Below, one piece after another: positions 39,168 through 51,500 of a stretch of DNA of 64,000 nucleotides. The position numbers and the translations under genes are program-made. The stretch covers positions 620,001 through 684,000 of the forward strand of contig CDRNST010000226.1 of NCBI GenBank assembly GCA_977016875.1, written 5' to 3'. Positions within the stretch are counted from its first letter, which is position 1; the number at the start of each line of letters is the position of its first letter. This stretch comes from Pavona decussata. Its lineage: Eukaryota. The notes below the pieces were generated by a model that worked only from the letters and a program-made list of their open reading frames with translations, ran no database searches and was not told the origin of the DNA.

Positions 39168-39342
39168 AGAGGCCATTTCCGAGTTGCCTTGAACCTCATT
39201 GTGAAAGCGAGGCTACGTACAAAGCTTTTCTTCTGAAAATTATTCTTGTTTGCATATGAATGAAAACTAATTTTCATAATTAAAACAATGGACGAAACCC
39301 TGCTTTCATAATGAGGTTTAACGCAACGTTGAAATGGCCTAT
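39168..39342. mobile_element. Small MITE
   Basis: AGGCCATTTCCGAGTTGCCTTGAACCTCATTGTGAAAGC ... GCTTTCATAATGAGGTTTAACGCAACGTTGAAATGGCCT. Confidence 0.7.
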
Positions 39343-42057
39343 TGTTGGAGTCTCGTAAGGATCCATTTGCACACGGCAGCGGTGGTTGTAAAACCCGCAG
39401 TTACTTCCAATGGATGAATTCTTATCGAATGAATTTTTATCGAATATAAAGTTTACGAAATTATTCAGAGATTAGAAGTAAATTATTCAAAGAAAACAAA
39501 ACAGATTTTAAAGTAGCGTAATTTCTTTCAAGAATTTACATAATTTATGTACGAAAGAATTTGATAACAAGTAATTTATGTTTGCTTGACGACAAGAAAT
39601 TAAAGATATTGAACATTCCGTGATTCAACTGGCCAGTTGTTGCCTCACATTGTAATGAGCAGAGGAAAGTCGTTTGGATGAAAATTAACTGAACGTACTA
39701 CGTACTCCCCGTAACACTTTCAACTTACTCACCTACCCACTTTGCCACCTCCAATCTACATACGTTGTATGCTACTTAACTACGTAAGGTGTCAACGGCC
39801 AGGTGCCTTTGTGCCTTTTTGGAACCTTTGAATAATGTTGGAGAGAACTCCGTCGGATTTTCTTTTTCCGAGTGTGCCTGGGGCACTGACTGAAAAGAAA
39901 CCTCTATGACTGAGTATTATTTGTCGAACAGGGAAGAACAAACGAGTGCAGAGTAAAGAGCGAATTGTTTGGAGGGGAAGGGGGGGTGGGGGTGGGGCTA
40001 TGCGGGAATAGCCTTTGAAGGGGGTTATCCAGAAAAGGACTCTGATGACTCAGTTGTGATTGTTTATTGAAATAATCAGTCTTGAGAGTTCATCCTTCAA
40101 TACACGAAAAGAAAAGCAAGGGGAAACCATCCACTCGCTTTATATTCCCCTTCTCACTCTCCACTCCACTCGCTTTAGTCTCTCTTCCTCTAACTTCCAC
40201 TTCTATTGTTTTCTCGTAATCCCGCTGTCTCAGGAGGAAGAAATTAATCAATGAAGCACCCCTTTCTGACGAAACCTTTCCACGTTGGCCCACTATATGT
40301 CTTCTGGGGGCAACCAGCACCGTTTGCAACGTCTTACATGGTTGGTCGAGAGGACAAAAGAACGAACAACAGAACAATGCTCCCAACCCTAAAAAACAAT
40401 GCAGCTGCATGATGCAGGTTATTAGGGTCCAGTGAAAACAGCTTTTCGAAGGGGCAGGTCTTCTGACAATCTTTCGACAAACTTGTCTGAGCTTTCAGTC
40501 TCTTTGTTGTTCTGTTACATGTGTTTTACGAAAGGCCAAGGTGACATTTCGCTCAAGAAATGTAATTTTTCGTAACAGTTGTTAAATCCATCTTCGACTT
40601 TATAAGTCGTCTGTGGTATTTGTTTGTTTTTTTTTATTGCGCGACAGCTTGCATTCTGTGATTGAAATCTCTGGTTTTCATAAAGGGCACAACTGTTGCT
40701 GTTCTCTATTTCTGGGTCACAGGGACAGCAAAGAAATGCCAAGCATTTTCCTTGATCACGACAATTTTAAATTTTGAGGCAGGCCAGTGAACGAAACTCC
40801 ATTGACACTACTGTAAAGAGCACCTTCAAATTAGCAAAATGGCCGAGTCTTAAACTCTTGTCTTTTAAAATAGCAAAGATAAAGTGCCGTTAAGTTTTAG
40901 AATTTTACAGGGTTTTATCTATGAATTTTCGTGAAGTTATGGATCTACATCGGCGCTATTTTTAAGAGGCAACTCCTTCAAACTTGATCTACAACCATCG
41001 ACAATTTTTTTTGGGAAGGTTACTCAACAAGGCAACAGAAAGTGGGTCTCTATTATTGACATCGGCACATTTGTTACTTTCGTATGTTTAGGCGTTTGTA
41101 TGTCGTCTCCCCTTCCCCCCACAATCAATATACGCGAAAAGATTCACTTTTTAAGCTCAACATTGAAACAGGGGAGGGGAGGAAAGTCAAATCGAGGTAG
41201 AATTTTGGAATCTTCCCAAGATTATTTTCGACGATTGTAGTTGCTAATTTTAAGGTGCTGTTTTCCGCAGTGTGAATGTATTTTCGTGTACGGTAATTTT
41301 AAATTTTCACGTAGGCCAGGTAGTAAAGGTCAATTACGGCTGACTATTTGCAAGGTTCGGTCGTTATCAAAATCTCCTTCACCTTAGTACATTCTTCTCC
41401 GATCTTCCCACCCTCACGCAACGGAACGACATAGCTCATCCAGATGATTCTGGCTAGTGATATTGATCAAAAGCCTTTCCATAAAACAAACCATAAAAGG
41501 ACAGACTTTTTAAAATTGTTACCCTCAAAAGGAACTTCAATGGAATGAAAACAGTTGTAAGTGATTAAAACTTACTGTTGAGTTCTGTTGTAAATTAAAG
41601 TAAAATTACATCAAGCCAGAACAACAATGACGATAAATGTAAACAGAACAGGTTCGCGATAAGGCGCTAAGCTAGTTAATCTCATTATAGCAAATAAATA
41701 TATTCAATTTTAATTAAAATCTGCTTCCCAATTACTCATCAATGGGCGGCAAAACCCTCCCCCTGTCTATCCTCCTGACCTTGCATTCTCACATGAATTA
41801 AAGCATTCATCGGTATTATCCACACCGAGACCATTATCATCACCACTCTGGATACTTTTGTTGTGTAAGTGCTCTTTCTTTCCCCTTCGATATGCCAGAT
41901 TTAGCAAATTTTACTTGTAACACCCGAGAATGAGAAACAACCAGAACCACAGGGTACCTACGCGCTTTCTGCGTGGTACTTTTTCACTCTGACAGACTCA
42001 AATGTACAGCAAAATAAACAGCACCGCAGGAACGCATTGGCTAACAGCTTTATTTCA

Positions 42058-42466
42058 TTAAGGGGGCGCTGTCGCGAAGAGTCTGCCGTATTTTGGTAAA
42101 AACTCACTGCTCAAATATCTGACAAAGAACATTTTCTCTAACGTGAAATAGCTCTTAGATTACGTAACAGGAGTGAATACTTAGTGATTTTCCCAATGAA
42201 GAACAAACCCATGATAATACGTTTTAAGTGATTTCTTCAAAATGCACAGAAAGAACTTGAAAAAATTTGGCCAATTTTTTTCAAGTTGCAACCCATTTCC
42301 ATCCTAGCCATCTACAGCCAAGAAAATTAATATTGGATTCTGTGCACTACCATAGTAGGGCAATTGTTAACAAAACTGCACCATTATTTTAACATTTTCA
42401 TCGACACAAATCTGTTTTTTTGGCCATTCAAAGTGACGCTAAAAATAGGTCTCACTGCTCCTTGAA
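42058..42466 (+). mobile_element. TTAA-flanked non-autonomous DNA transposon (Kolobok-like), copy 1
   Basis: Starts TTAA-GGGGGCGCTGTC, ends CACTGCTCCTTGAA; colinear with 62846-63232 (shared GGCCAATTTTTT..CAAGTTGCAACCCATTTC..ATCCTAGCCATC). Confidence 0.65.
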
Positions 42467-44485
42467 TAGATACCAGAGTCGCTGGTAGGGTCCACCACCT
42501 GATAGGATAGACATTCAAGCGTAGAAATGTTCAATTTCAAGCCGACTCTTTCAAAGAATTTGTTTTTAATCTTTTTGCCGTGATATACTCGCCTTGTTTT
42601 GAATTTTTGACTTGCAGTTTGTTTGCTTTTAAGGGCTGACTTGAAAAACGATTAATTTTAAATAACCGGATTGAATTTTGTCAGGGTCACGGGTTATTCA
42701 AAATCACATCTTGTTTTAAAGTTACCCATTCTGCTTCGAAAATTGTGTTGTTGTTGATGCCCACCCTGACACACTCGTTTGCAGGGAAGAGGGTTGACTT
42801 CCGTGAAAACGACTGCTCGGAGGCTACTGGCCTTGTCACACTCGCTAACGGAAAAGACATGAGTCTGACATTACTTGTACAGGTGTGGCGGGTGATTAGT
42901 CAATTCCAAGAATGCCCGTCGCCCCATCCCCCCCCCCCCCCCCACCCCATTCCCCTTCTATCCCACGGTTTTCGGAAATAAACTGGCAAATGCCCCACGG
43001 CGGGGACAAACTAGTTAGTCAAATGCCCCTACGGTGTAGGTAAAAAAGACGTCAATTTCTTCGCTTCTGGGCTTACCATTATTCCAATGACAGCTTATTC
43101 ACGCCAAACTAAGTCTTGATAAGTCTACCATGTCATCTATGCCTTCCTCAGACGTACATAATTAAGAATTTATTGTCTTTGGTGGTGAACTTATCATTGA
43201 AACGAAGCGACGGTATCATGAGGTGAGAGTCACAAGGCCGTCAAATACCCGGGGGTAAACTAATGCCCGACCGACCGACCCCCGGGACGGACAGTGTTGA
43301 AAAACGCCCGGCTGGGGAGGGGAGAGGGAGGATGGCAACTGTTGGGATTGACTAGCATTACCGATGCTTTTTTTCCTTCTTCTTTCGTTAATAAGGATCG
43401 ATTTCGACAAACATTTTACAAGGAAAATTAACGACAAAAACGTAATACCACGTTTCGACGACATGACATGATGACATGATGTCGTCGAAACGTCGTTAAT
43501 TTTCTTTTTTAATTTGTTAACTCCTGGTTAACTCAAATTAATTCATCAGTTTAGTTCAAGGCTAGTGAGTAGTGATTAGCGGAATTTTGTTCACGACTGG
43601 ACGAAAGCGAGACATAATGAAACAATGTGATAAAAAAGGGAAAGTGTCTTCGAAAGTTAAGGCAATATTTCGACATAATTACCGATGCGTCTTCCCTCAA
43701 GTTCTTGACAAGCGATTTTTAACTGTCCATGTTCGGCCGAAGCCGCAACAAAGCCACTAATCTTCTTATGCTAAATCTACAACTTTTATTGAAATAATAA
43801 ACATGAAAAAGAATTGCTAACAAGTATCACAGTGGACTTAGAATTACAGCGGTTTTCGACTTCTCCCAAATAGGGGGGGGGGGGGGGGGGGGGGTAAGGT
43901 TTCCCGGGGTGCGTGAGCTCTAGGAAGCTGGAAAAGAGAGAGTCAGTCAGCCTGCGAGGATTGAGCTGGGGAAAAGGAAGTTTCACGATATTCTCTAATA
44001 TTGTTTAATAGTGCAACGAGGCACGGGGACCGTTTGTATAAGATGCAGAAAATGGGAATTGCAGAACCCCGACCTTCTCCTCCCCCCCCCCCCCCCTCCC
44101 CCTACGCAGATAAGAAGGCCAATTTTGCTGTTTTGGCCATTGTCAAACTCTATACCAATACTGTATTTGGTTTTCCTGACAAAATTAGAGCTAAGCCTGT
44201 CTTTTTTCTAAGTAATTAAAAGTAAAGATGCAAATTTTGAGCAATTTTCCGCTCCTATTATATCGGGTACGGGTGAAGGTTGAGGCCTATGTTGTCAGAT
44301 TTCCAAATCCAGATTTTACAACGAGAATGCAAAAATACAACAATTAGCGGTGTCCGCAGTTAGCAGAGATGCTAAATACAGACACTCCATCATCATGTCC
44401 AGTTAGCCTGTACCAGCGCAAAGAGAAGTGCAAATAGGTCGTTTCACGCTATGCACTATACGCAAATATTAGTAATGGTTAGGCG

Positions 44486-45037
44486 TAATAGGACTGAGTA
44501 AAGTACAATTCAGGGAGTAATTGGGCGAGTAATTACGCGCGAGGCCCATTTCAAATTACGAGCCTGATTACCCCTGACTTGTACGACACGAAGTCCTATT
44601 ACCAATTAATTGTGTCAATAACAAAATACGAGAATCTCAGTCTAGGAATATTTATTAACGTAAGAAATAGATTCCAAAGCAAAAAAATAAACAAGCTGTC
44701 AAAGTCTAAAGAAAAAATGTCTGAATAAAAGTCACTGGAGCAGTAAGTTTCCTCCATTTTTCTATTCCAATTGAAGCTGGACAAAGCTGGACAGCTTACC
44801 TGGTCACAATTTCTTCATTGATTTTGATTGGTTATCATGTGCCATGAAGTGAAATTTCATTGGCTAGTGGCATTTGCTACTTGATTTTCATTGGTTCTTT
44901 TAACTGTCCGATTACAAGCTTCTAGTAATCGGACAGGTCAAATCGGACAGTTTTGGAGTTACATAGCAAACTTAAGCTATAAATATGGGCTGTTAAGAAC
45001 CAATCATATTCAAGCTTTTTGTTATTGACACAATTAA
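44486..45037. mobile_element. Non-autonomous element with two adjacent inverted-repeat pairs
   Basis: TAATAGGACT..AGTCCTATTA (44486-44601) followed by TTAATTGTGTCAATAACAAAA (44606-44626) .. TTTTGTTATTGACACAATTAA (45017-45037). Confidence 0.65.
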
Positions 45038-45518
45038 CAAATTTAATTGGCTTTTTTTTTTCTTAAATTGCGATTGGGGGCCAGGTATTTGGGGTCCGGA
45101 ATTTAAGAAAATTTGAGAGTTTAGTTCTCATGAACAACAATTGTCAACATAAGAACGTAAATGTGCTTACTTCAAAGGCAATGACGGTTGTTGAATATGC
45201 TTATCGCAAGTTTAGTAAACATTCAGCGAAAGACATTTCCGTAGCTTACAAATTTTTGTAAGAAATAACTCCTTCTGATACTTTTGAGGCCATTAAATTT
45301 TTATCGCCAAATTCAACTGTACCACATTATAATTCATGCTGTATTCTCTCTAAGACGAATTCTGATAATTAAAATCAAGTTATTGCATAAAGATTTTCTT
45401 CAGGCTAAAAAAGGTCACATTTTTCTACTAAGGAATACGTAACAGGCCCTGTCCATTTAACCTACTCCTCCCCGACCAAAAACAATTTAAATCACTCGAA
45501 ATGTCCTTAAGGACATCC

Positions 45519-48500
45519 TTAGTCACCCCTGTTCTTCTTTCCTTTTCGCCCAGACCTATCTTTCTTCTTATTTTTTCCTTTCCTGTCTTTTTTTCCTTTT
45601 TTTCCATTCTTCCGTTTTCCTTTCTTGCACGCCGCTCTATATTTAACCTTCAGTGGCTTGTGCTTGTTCCTCCGAGCATGGCACGTAGCGACTCGGAAGC
45701 GGCAAATATTCGGGTATGTTTTCCCGTCCGATCCGCAGACAGGCCTGTCCACTACTTTGCAGTCCTCCCACCTGGGGCAAGGTTTCGGCGTGCTGGGTGC
45801 CCCACAAGGTCCATTATATTCCAAGCGGAGTGAGGCCCTGTCTTTCTTGGGTAATGTGCACTTTGCCGCAGCAAGATGGCAACCGTTTTTGTATGTTTTC
45901 TTGTCCGAGCCGCAGACAGGCCGATCTTTTGACGGACAATTCTTCGGACAGGGTTTGAAAGACGTTTGCCTACCACAAGGACCTGAAAGAATTAACAGCA
46001 GTTTAACCGTTTAAGCCCCGATATCAATATTCATTTCCCCTCCTCTTTTCCACACATTTTTTACGATACCAGTTAGGAGAATTGTTTTTTGTTTTTTTTT
46101 TTGAACATCAACACATTTTACCTTTGGCGATAATTCCTATTATTCTCCTGACTTGGCTGTTTGATTACTTAGTGACTGTTAATACCTTTTGAGGATCTCA
46201 TCCATGCAGATACTCAAACGTTGCAATCACCTTGTCGATGTTTTCAAGATAAACAGCATCACAGGAAAGTAATGCTCTGTAGCTTTTACTTAAAAGGTCA
46301 CACTTCAGGATTCAACCACAGACCAAAACGTTTGAAGCATCTTGTACAGCGCACTAAACTAAAAATATAGTAACTGTAGAATGCAGGCTCATACAATACA
46401 ATGCAATATTTATTTTGCCATATAAACAACATTTACAGATGGAAAAAAAATGAAGAAAATTGATGAAAGAAAATAAATGGCGAGAAAACCTGAGATGGCG
46501 AGAAAACTTTAAATGACCTTCATTCAAAAAGGGAACAAATTGCTATGCCTTTGGCTTTAAACTCATTAATCAGTTTTTGAGCTTGTGTGGATCACGTGAA
46601 TCCCATACGGCTATGCACGCCATTTGATTCTCTATGAATGATTGAGGAGACGTATCATACATTGTAAAAAAAAAAAGGCAGAACAAGCTGTGCCAAATAA
46701 TCGAAAATATGTCTGATAAAGTAAAAAACTAGTTATGGGTTAAGGTAGATCGAGACAACAATACAAGACCTTGTATCTGCATCAGTTAAACCAAGAATGA
46801 CCCTGATTTCCTTTACGTAATTTGCTTGGCCGGAAAAACGAAAAGAATCTCACGTATATGTTGTATTTTCTCCCGTGCTTGTTGGCTCTTTGACCTATTT
46901 CTGAACAGAATTAGGATTATAGGATAACCACGCCAAATTCAGAAAAGCAGATAAACTTTCTAAATAAAAACCAGATCAACGTGATCAGACCCTGCTCAGA
47001 AATCAAACAGACTGAACATGTGGTAAACATCAGGAACTGTTACAGTTTTGTCTAGATCGAATATTTTCACATAGCATTTCCATCTGATCTCTCCCCTTGA
47101 TCCGTGGGATAGATGTACAGTTCAAACGACCGTCCATGTCTCGTGTTAGATTTTCGTTTTAGTGCCGGCAGACATTTTATATAATCCACTTTAGGTCTTT
47201 AAGTGATTCGAATCTGGAAGCTCTAGTAAGAGGCTTAACGTCTTAGGAGTAATTACATGATATTCTATTAGAGCGGCACGAGTTTATCCCAGTTTAATAT
47301 TTCCTAAGTAAATTTTTTCAGCAGTTCAACTTAAAACAGAAACATGTTAAATAGACAACAAACACCGACTGGAATCGTTACCTCAATTGCTATATTTGCG
47401 TTCATTTGTAACCAAATAACTAGGACACTCACACTCCTTTCATTTTTCAGTGGGTCAAAACGGCAAAGTTCAAGCTACTACTATGGGCCAAACAATGTTC
47501 TTTTTTCGTTGCCTTTTTTAAGACCAACCGGCCTCAAACTACAGGAATGTGACTTCGTAGAAACAACAACCCCAGAAAAACTGGATGAAACTCAAGCGAT
47601 GAAGCTAATTTTTGAACAACAACAACAACAAAACCAAGACACAATTTTTTTTGTGCAGTGCATCTGGAATTTTACACGCAAGCTGTCGACAAGTTCTAAA
47701 TCGGCTTAGTATTAATCCGTCGGTCCATGGACGGTTTTCAACGAGGCATTGGTCATCAGATTAATGATCTAATTGTAACTTTGCGATACGTTCACACGAA
47801 AACGTTCGTCGAAGCTCATGCGATACTTTTTAGTCAACTGGGGTCTGGTACGATTCGTTTCAAGAGAATGGTTTCTAATTCATCTTTTGTCTGCATTAGA
47901 GTGCCGACTTTCGCCATTGAGGTCTAAAATAAATGCTTGTTTGTTCTGTCTTCTAAAACTGAAAGTCCGTGGAGTATTGGTTGGGGTGTGGTTCATTGAT
48001 CCTGAGCCAATTTCACACAATATGCGTCTTTTCCAAACTTATCTTCTGAACTGTCCTCTACGTATCCAAAGGAGAAAATAGGACATTGAAATGTAAAATG
48101 AATTTCTTTTGTCCTTTCTCTCTTCTCCGCTTGCAAACAAAGGAGAACACTATGTCATAAACAATGTCGCAGTACGAGACAGGGAAGCAAAAACTATCAT
48201 TACCGAAGTTCAGAACAAAAACTTGATGCACAAAACTATACCGAACTTGGAAACAAAACGGCAAACTCTTTGACCCAATTTCCGACTAAAACGGGTCAAA
48301 AAATCCATTAGTATATCTTTTATCGAGAAATAAAAGCCCCCACCCTCCCCCTCCACAGCAGGAATTTTGGACATTTTGGTGTGAAAGTAAGAGCGGCTAT
48401 TTTCTGAAGTAGAGTTGACTTTTTGAACATGTTTTATATTCTACAATAGCTTTAGCGTTCTGGGATACGTATGAAACATCGTATAGTTGTTCTGTGACCA

Positions 48501-51500
48501 TTTAATTTTTCAGTTAGTCTGATATTAGGTATACATGTACTGCGCTACTGGTCTGTTAAAGATGGTACAGGCTTTTGCCTTTTTAGTATTTAACACTTAA
48601 ATCTGCTTGAAAAACGTTTCGAGCTTCGTGAAATGATGTTAAAGAACGATAACGGCCACAGGAGAAAGTTCGTGTGGCGTCTAATCAGAAGCCATAAATT
48701 GATGATAAACAAGGAAACCGCAATTAAACCCAAACCCATCCCGGCGGTTATAAATTTAGCCTTCGACGCGAGCCCAGTCTCAAAATTAACCGCCGTTTGC
48801 ACGTCCTGTCAAGCACATCATCACGAGCCTCTGGTTCGGGAGATTGAAAAAGCACTCCCCGTGTTATTGACATTAAATAAATTACTTTGGCTTACTTTAC
48901 TTCACTTTACTTTGACGTTCTGACCTTTCTAAGTCTGGCAATTTTGATTAATTCTCACCCTGCGTTCCCATCTAGAAAACCAAGGCGTGCGCAACAGAGG
49001 ACGTTGTGTAACAACTTACTTACATCGACCATGCTGAGTTAAGGACACTACTAAGAAACGAGACAGGGGAAGAATAAAGTAGTTTGTTCAAGCTAATGAT
49101 CGATGACTTCCTAGCCAGCCACAACCTCTCAATGCCTATGACCACCGTGAGTAGGAAAGGAATATATTTTCCGAGCTTTAATTCCCTTTTCATTTGGTTT
49201 TTAAAACAGACAACGAGCATAACTTCAGATGTGCAGCCTCAATATTGTACATTTAACGCAAACATAAGCCGATACGTAAGTAAAACTCTACGACGCGCTC
49301 AGGTTTGAATCAGGATAACGCCTTTTTGATGAGCGCGGCGCAATCACACTACAGCAAACAGTATTCGCCATATTGGTGCTCATTTCCGGTAGTTCTGTTG
49401 TAATTAATGGCACTAGAGATTTAAACTCCCTGCTGTTTTGTCAGACTACGTGGGTAAAATCTGTAATAGAGGCGTCTTTCTCGAAAGATCGTTGCTACTA
49501 GAGGGACGAAAATTAAAATCACAGAACTTAAAAAGGGAATTCGAGTTTTGGGAATACAGGACATTAAAATAAAATAAACTTCTTGGAATGTAGTCATTAA
49601 TCTGTGCCTTAGAAATGAGGTCATATCTCTGGACTCTATAATGCAATCCCTTGTCCCTGAATAACGGTCAGTACTATACAGCTTCGATTATAGCCTTCTT
49701 ATACTGAGTTTCATGAGCGATTTTTTAAGGGCGTGTTCACAATCAATATTTAAAGTGATAATTTCATCTCAAGATGTGCAAACATGTAACTTGCGCCTGC
49801 TGTACATGTTGATGTTGATAAAAAGTGTATCTTTCGTTCATCTAAAAGTCAAAACAATCAGGATCTCTTGTCATCTATTATTAGAAGAGTGTAATAACGG
49901 GAATATTGAAAATATAAGGATATTTATCAAAGCTTCTAGGAAATCCAAGATTTATCAAGCGTTTCTCAGAAACAAACTTCCCCCTTCGGAGCTAACGCTG
50001 TGTTCGAGGGACTAAACGTGGTCTTGAATGCCGCTATTTATAGAAGCATTAATATTGGAGGTATCCATGAATATCAGTTTTTAGATTAATTTTTATCTTC
50101 AGGATATAGATAAGCAGAAAAAAATTCAAGCCTTTTTTTGTTTTTTCATCATTTTCAAGTAGAAAATCAACACGTTAATGACATTTACGTTTTCGCCAAG
50201 CAGAAGTTGCTCAAAAGGCGGGACACTTATTTTTCCAAGAGCTCAAGAAAAAACTACCAGCAATTAGCAAAGAATCCCATTTTGAAAGAAACGTTTATTT
50301 GTATTTTGGGTGACAAGGGCTTAATTTTAGCTCCAGTGGTTGCATTGAATTTCACAACTTTTGAGCATATTTTTTCAAAGCCAATATAAACAATCCTCCC
50401 GCACAGAGTAAACAGGTTTGGATGCTGATCGCATTTGATAGCAGAAACCGTGTCTGATTTCCTTGCAGACAATTCTTCATTCTCCAGTGGACATTTCATG
50501 CGATAAAACTGAGCCTGAGAGCACAGAAGCTTCAAGAACATTCTCGGTTAGAGGGCGAGGGTCACTGAAGATCGGGCTTTGTACGCATGCCACGAAGTTT
50601 CCAAAGTTTTCGAGCCTCACAGATGCAAATGTTTTTTTTAATTTCGGCAACTTTGAGTCTCTTTTAGTTTGTTTACACTGCATCTGAAGATCAAAAGGCT
50701 GACAAACCGCTAAAAATAATATAAATTGAGTAACAGTTTCGACTAAAAACATTTAACCTTTTAAAAATTTTGACCTCGGCATATCGCATATGGGCTACTG
50801 TTGGTTAGAGACCGTTGTATAATAAGTTACGTGCACCTTGGAATTGAGAAAGTTGAACAAACTATAACTAAATGTTCATGATTTGGGGCTTGAAAATTCA
50901 GACTACCTATTTTCGCTATATGTACAAATTCGCCTTTGTTTCGGGAATGGCATTGAACGAAAAATCTTCTTTTAAAATTGATAATTTAATCATAATAACT
51001 AAGGGATTTTTAAAGTAGACTCTTCTTATATTGAGTAGAGATTTCTTTCTTTAGTAATTCGTTCTCTTACCTTTCTTCTTTAGCGTCAACTTCTTGTTTT
51101 GTCTTCTAGCTTCGCATTTGGCAACGACGAAAAGACAAGTATTTTTGTATGTCTTTCCATTGCTGCCACAAATGGGCTGATTTTGGTTGTCACACTGGCT
51201 CTCAACTGGACATACTCCTGACTTGTCGACTTTAGGTTTTCCGCATTCTCCTTTGTAAAGCATTGTCAAATTTCTGCCATCTTGCTTCGCCTGACAGCGC
51301 GCCACGCGAAAATAGCAAAACGAGGGGTATGTCGCATTGTCGCTTCCGCACACAGCACTTTTGGTAGAGTTGTCGACTTGAAAACAGTTAGATAGACCAG
51401 CTGTGCACTTCCTTGGCTGTTTTTCCTTGCTGCCTTTCGCTGTGGAATCACTGCAAGCTCCCCGAGATTTTATTCTCAAAACAACGCCAGTTTTATTGGC

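Noticed and set aside
43873-44103. Poly-G and poly-C tracts (poly-Pro ORFs, possible G-quadruplexes)
   Set aside because: Such homopolymers are scattered throughout the window (e.g. ~490, ~29735, ~42930, ~56790) with no specific context.
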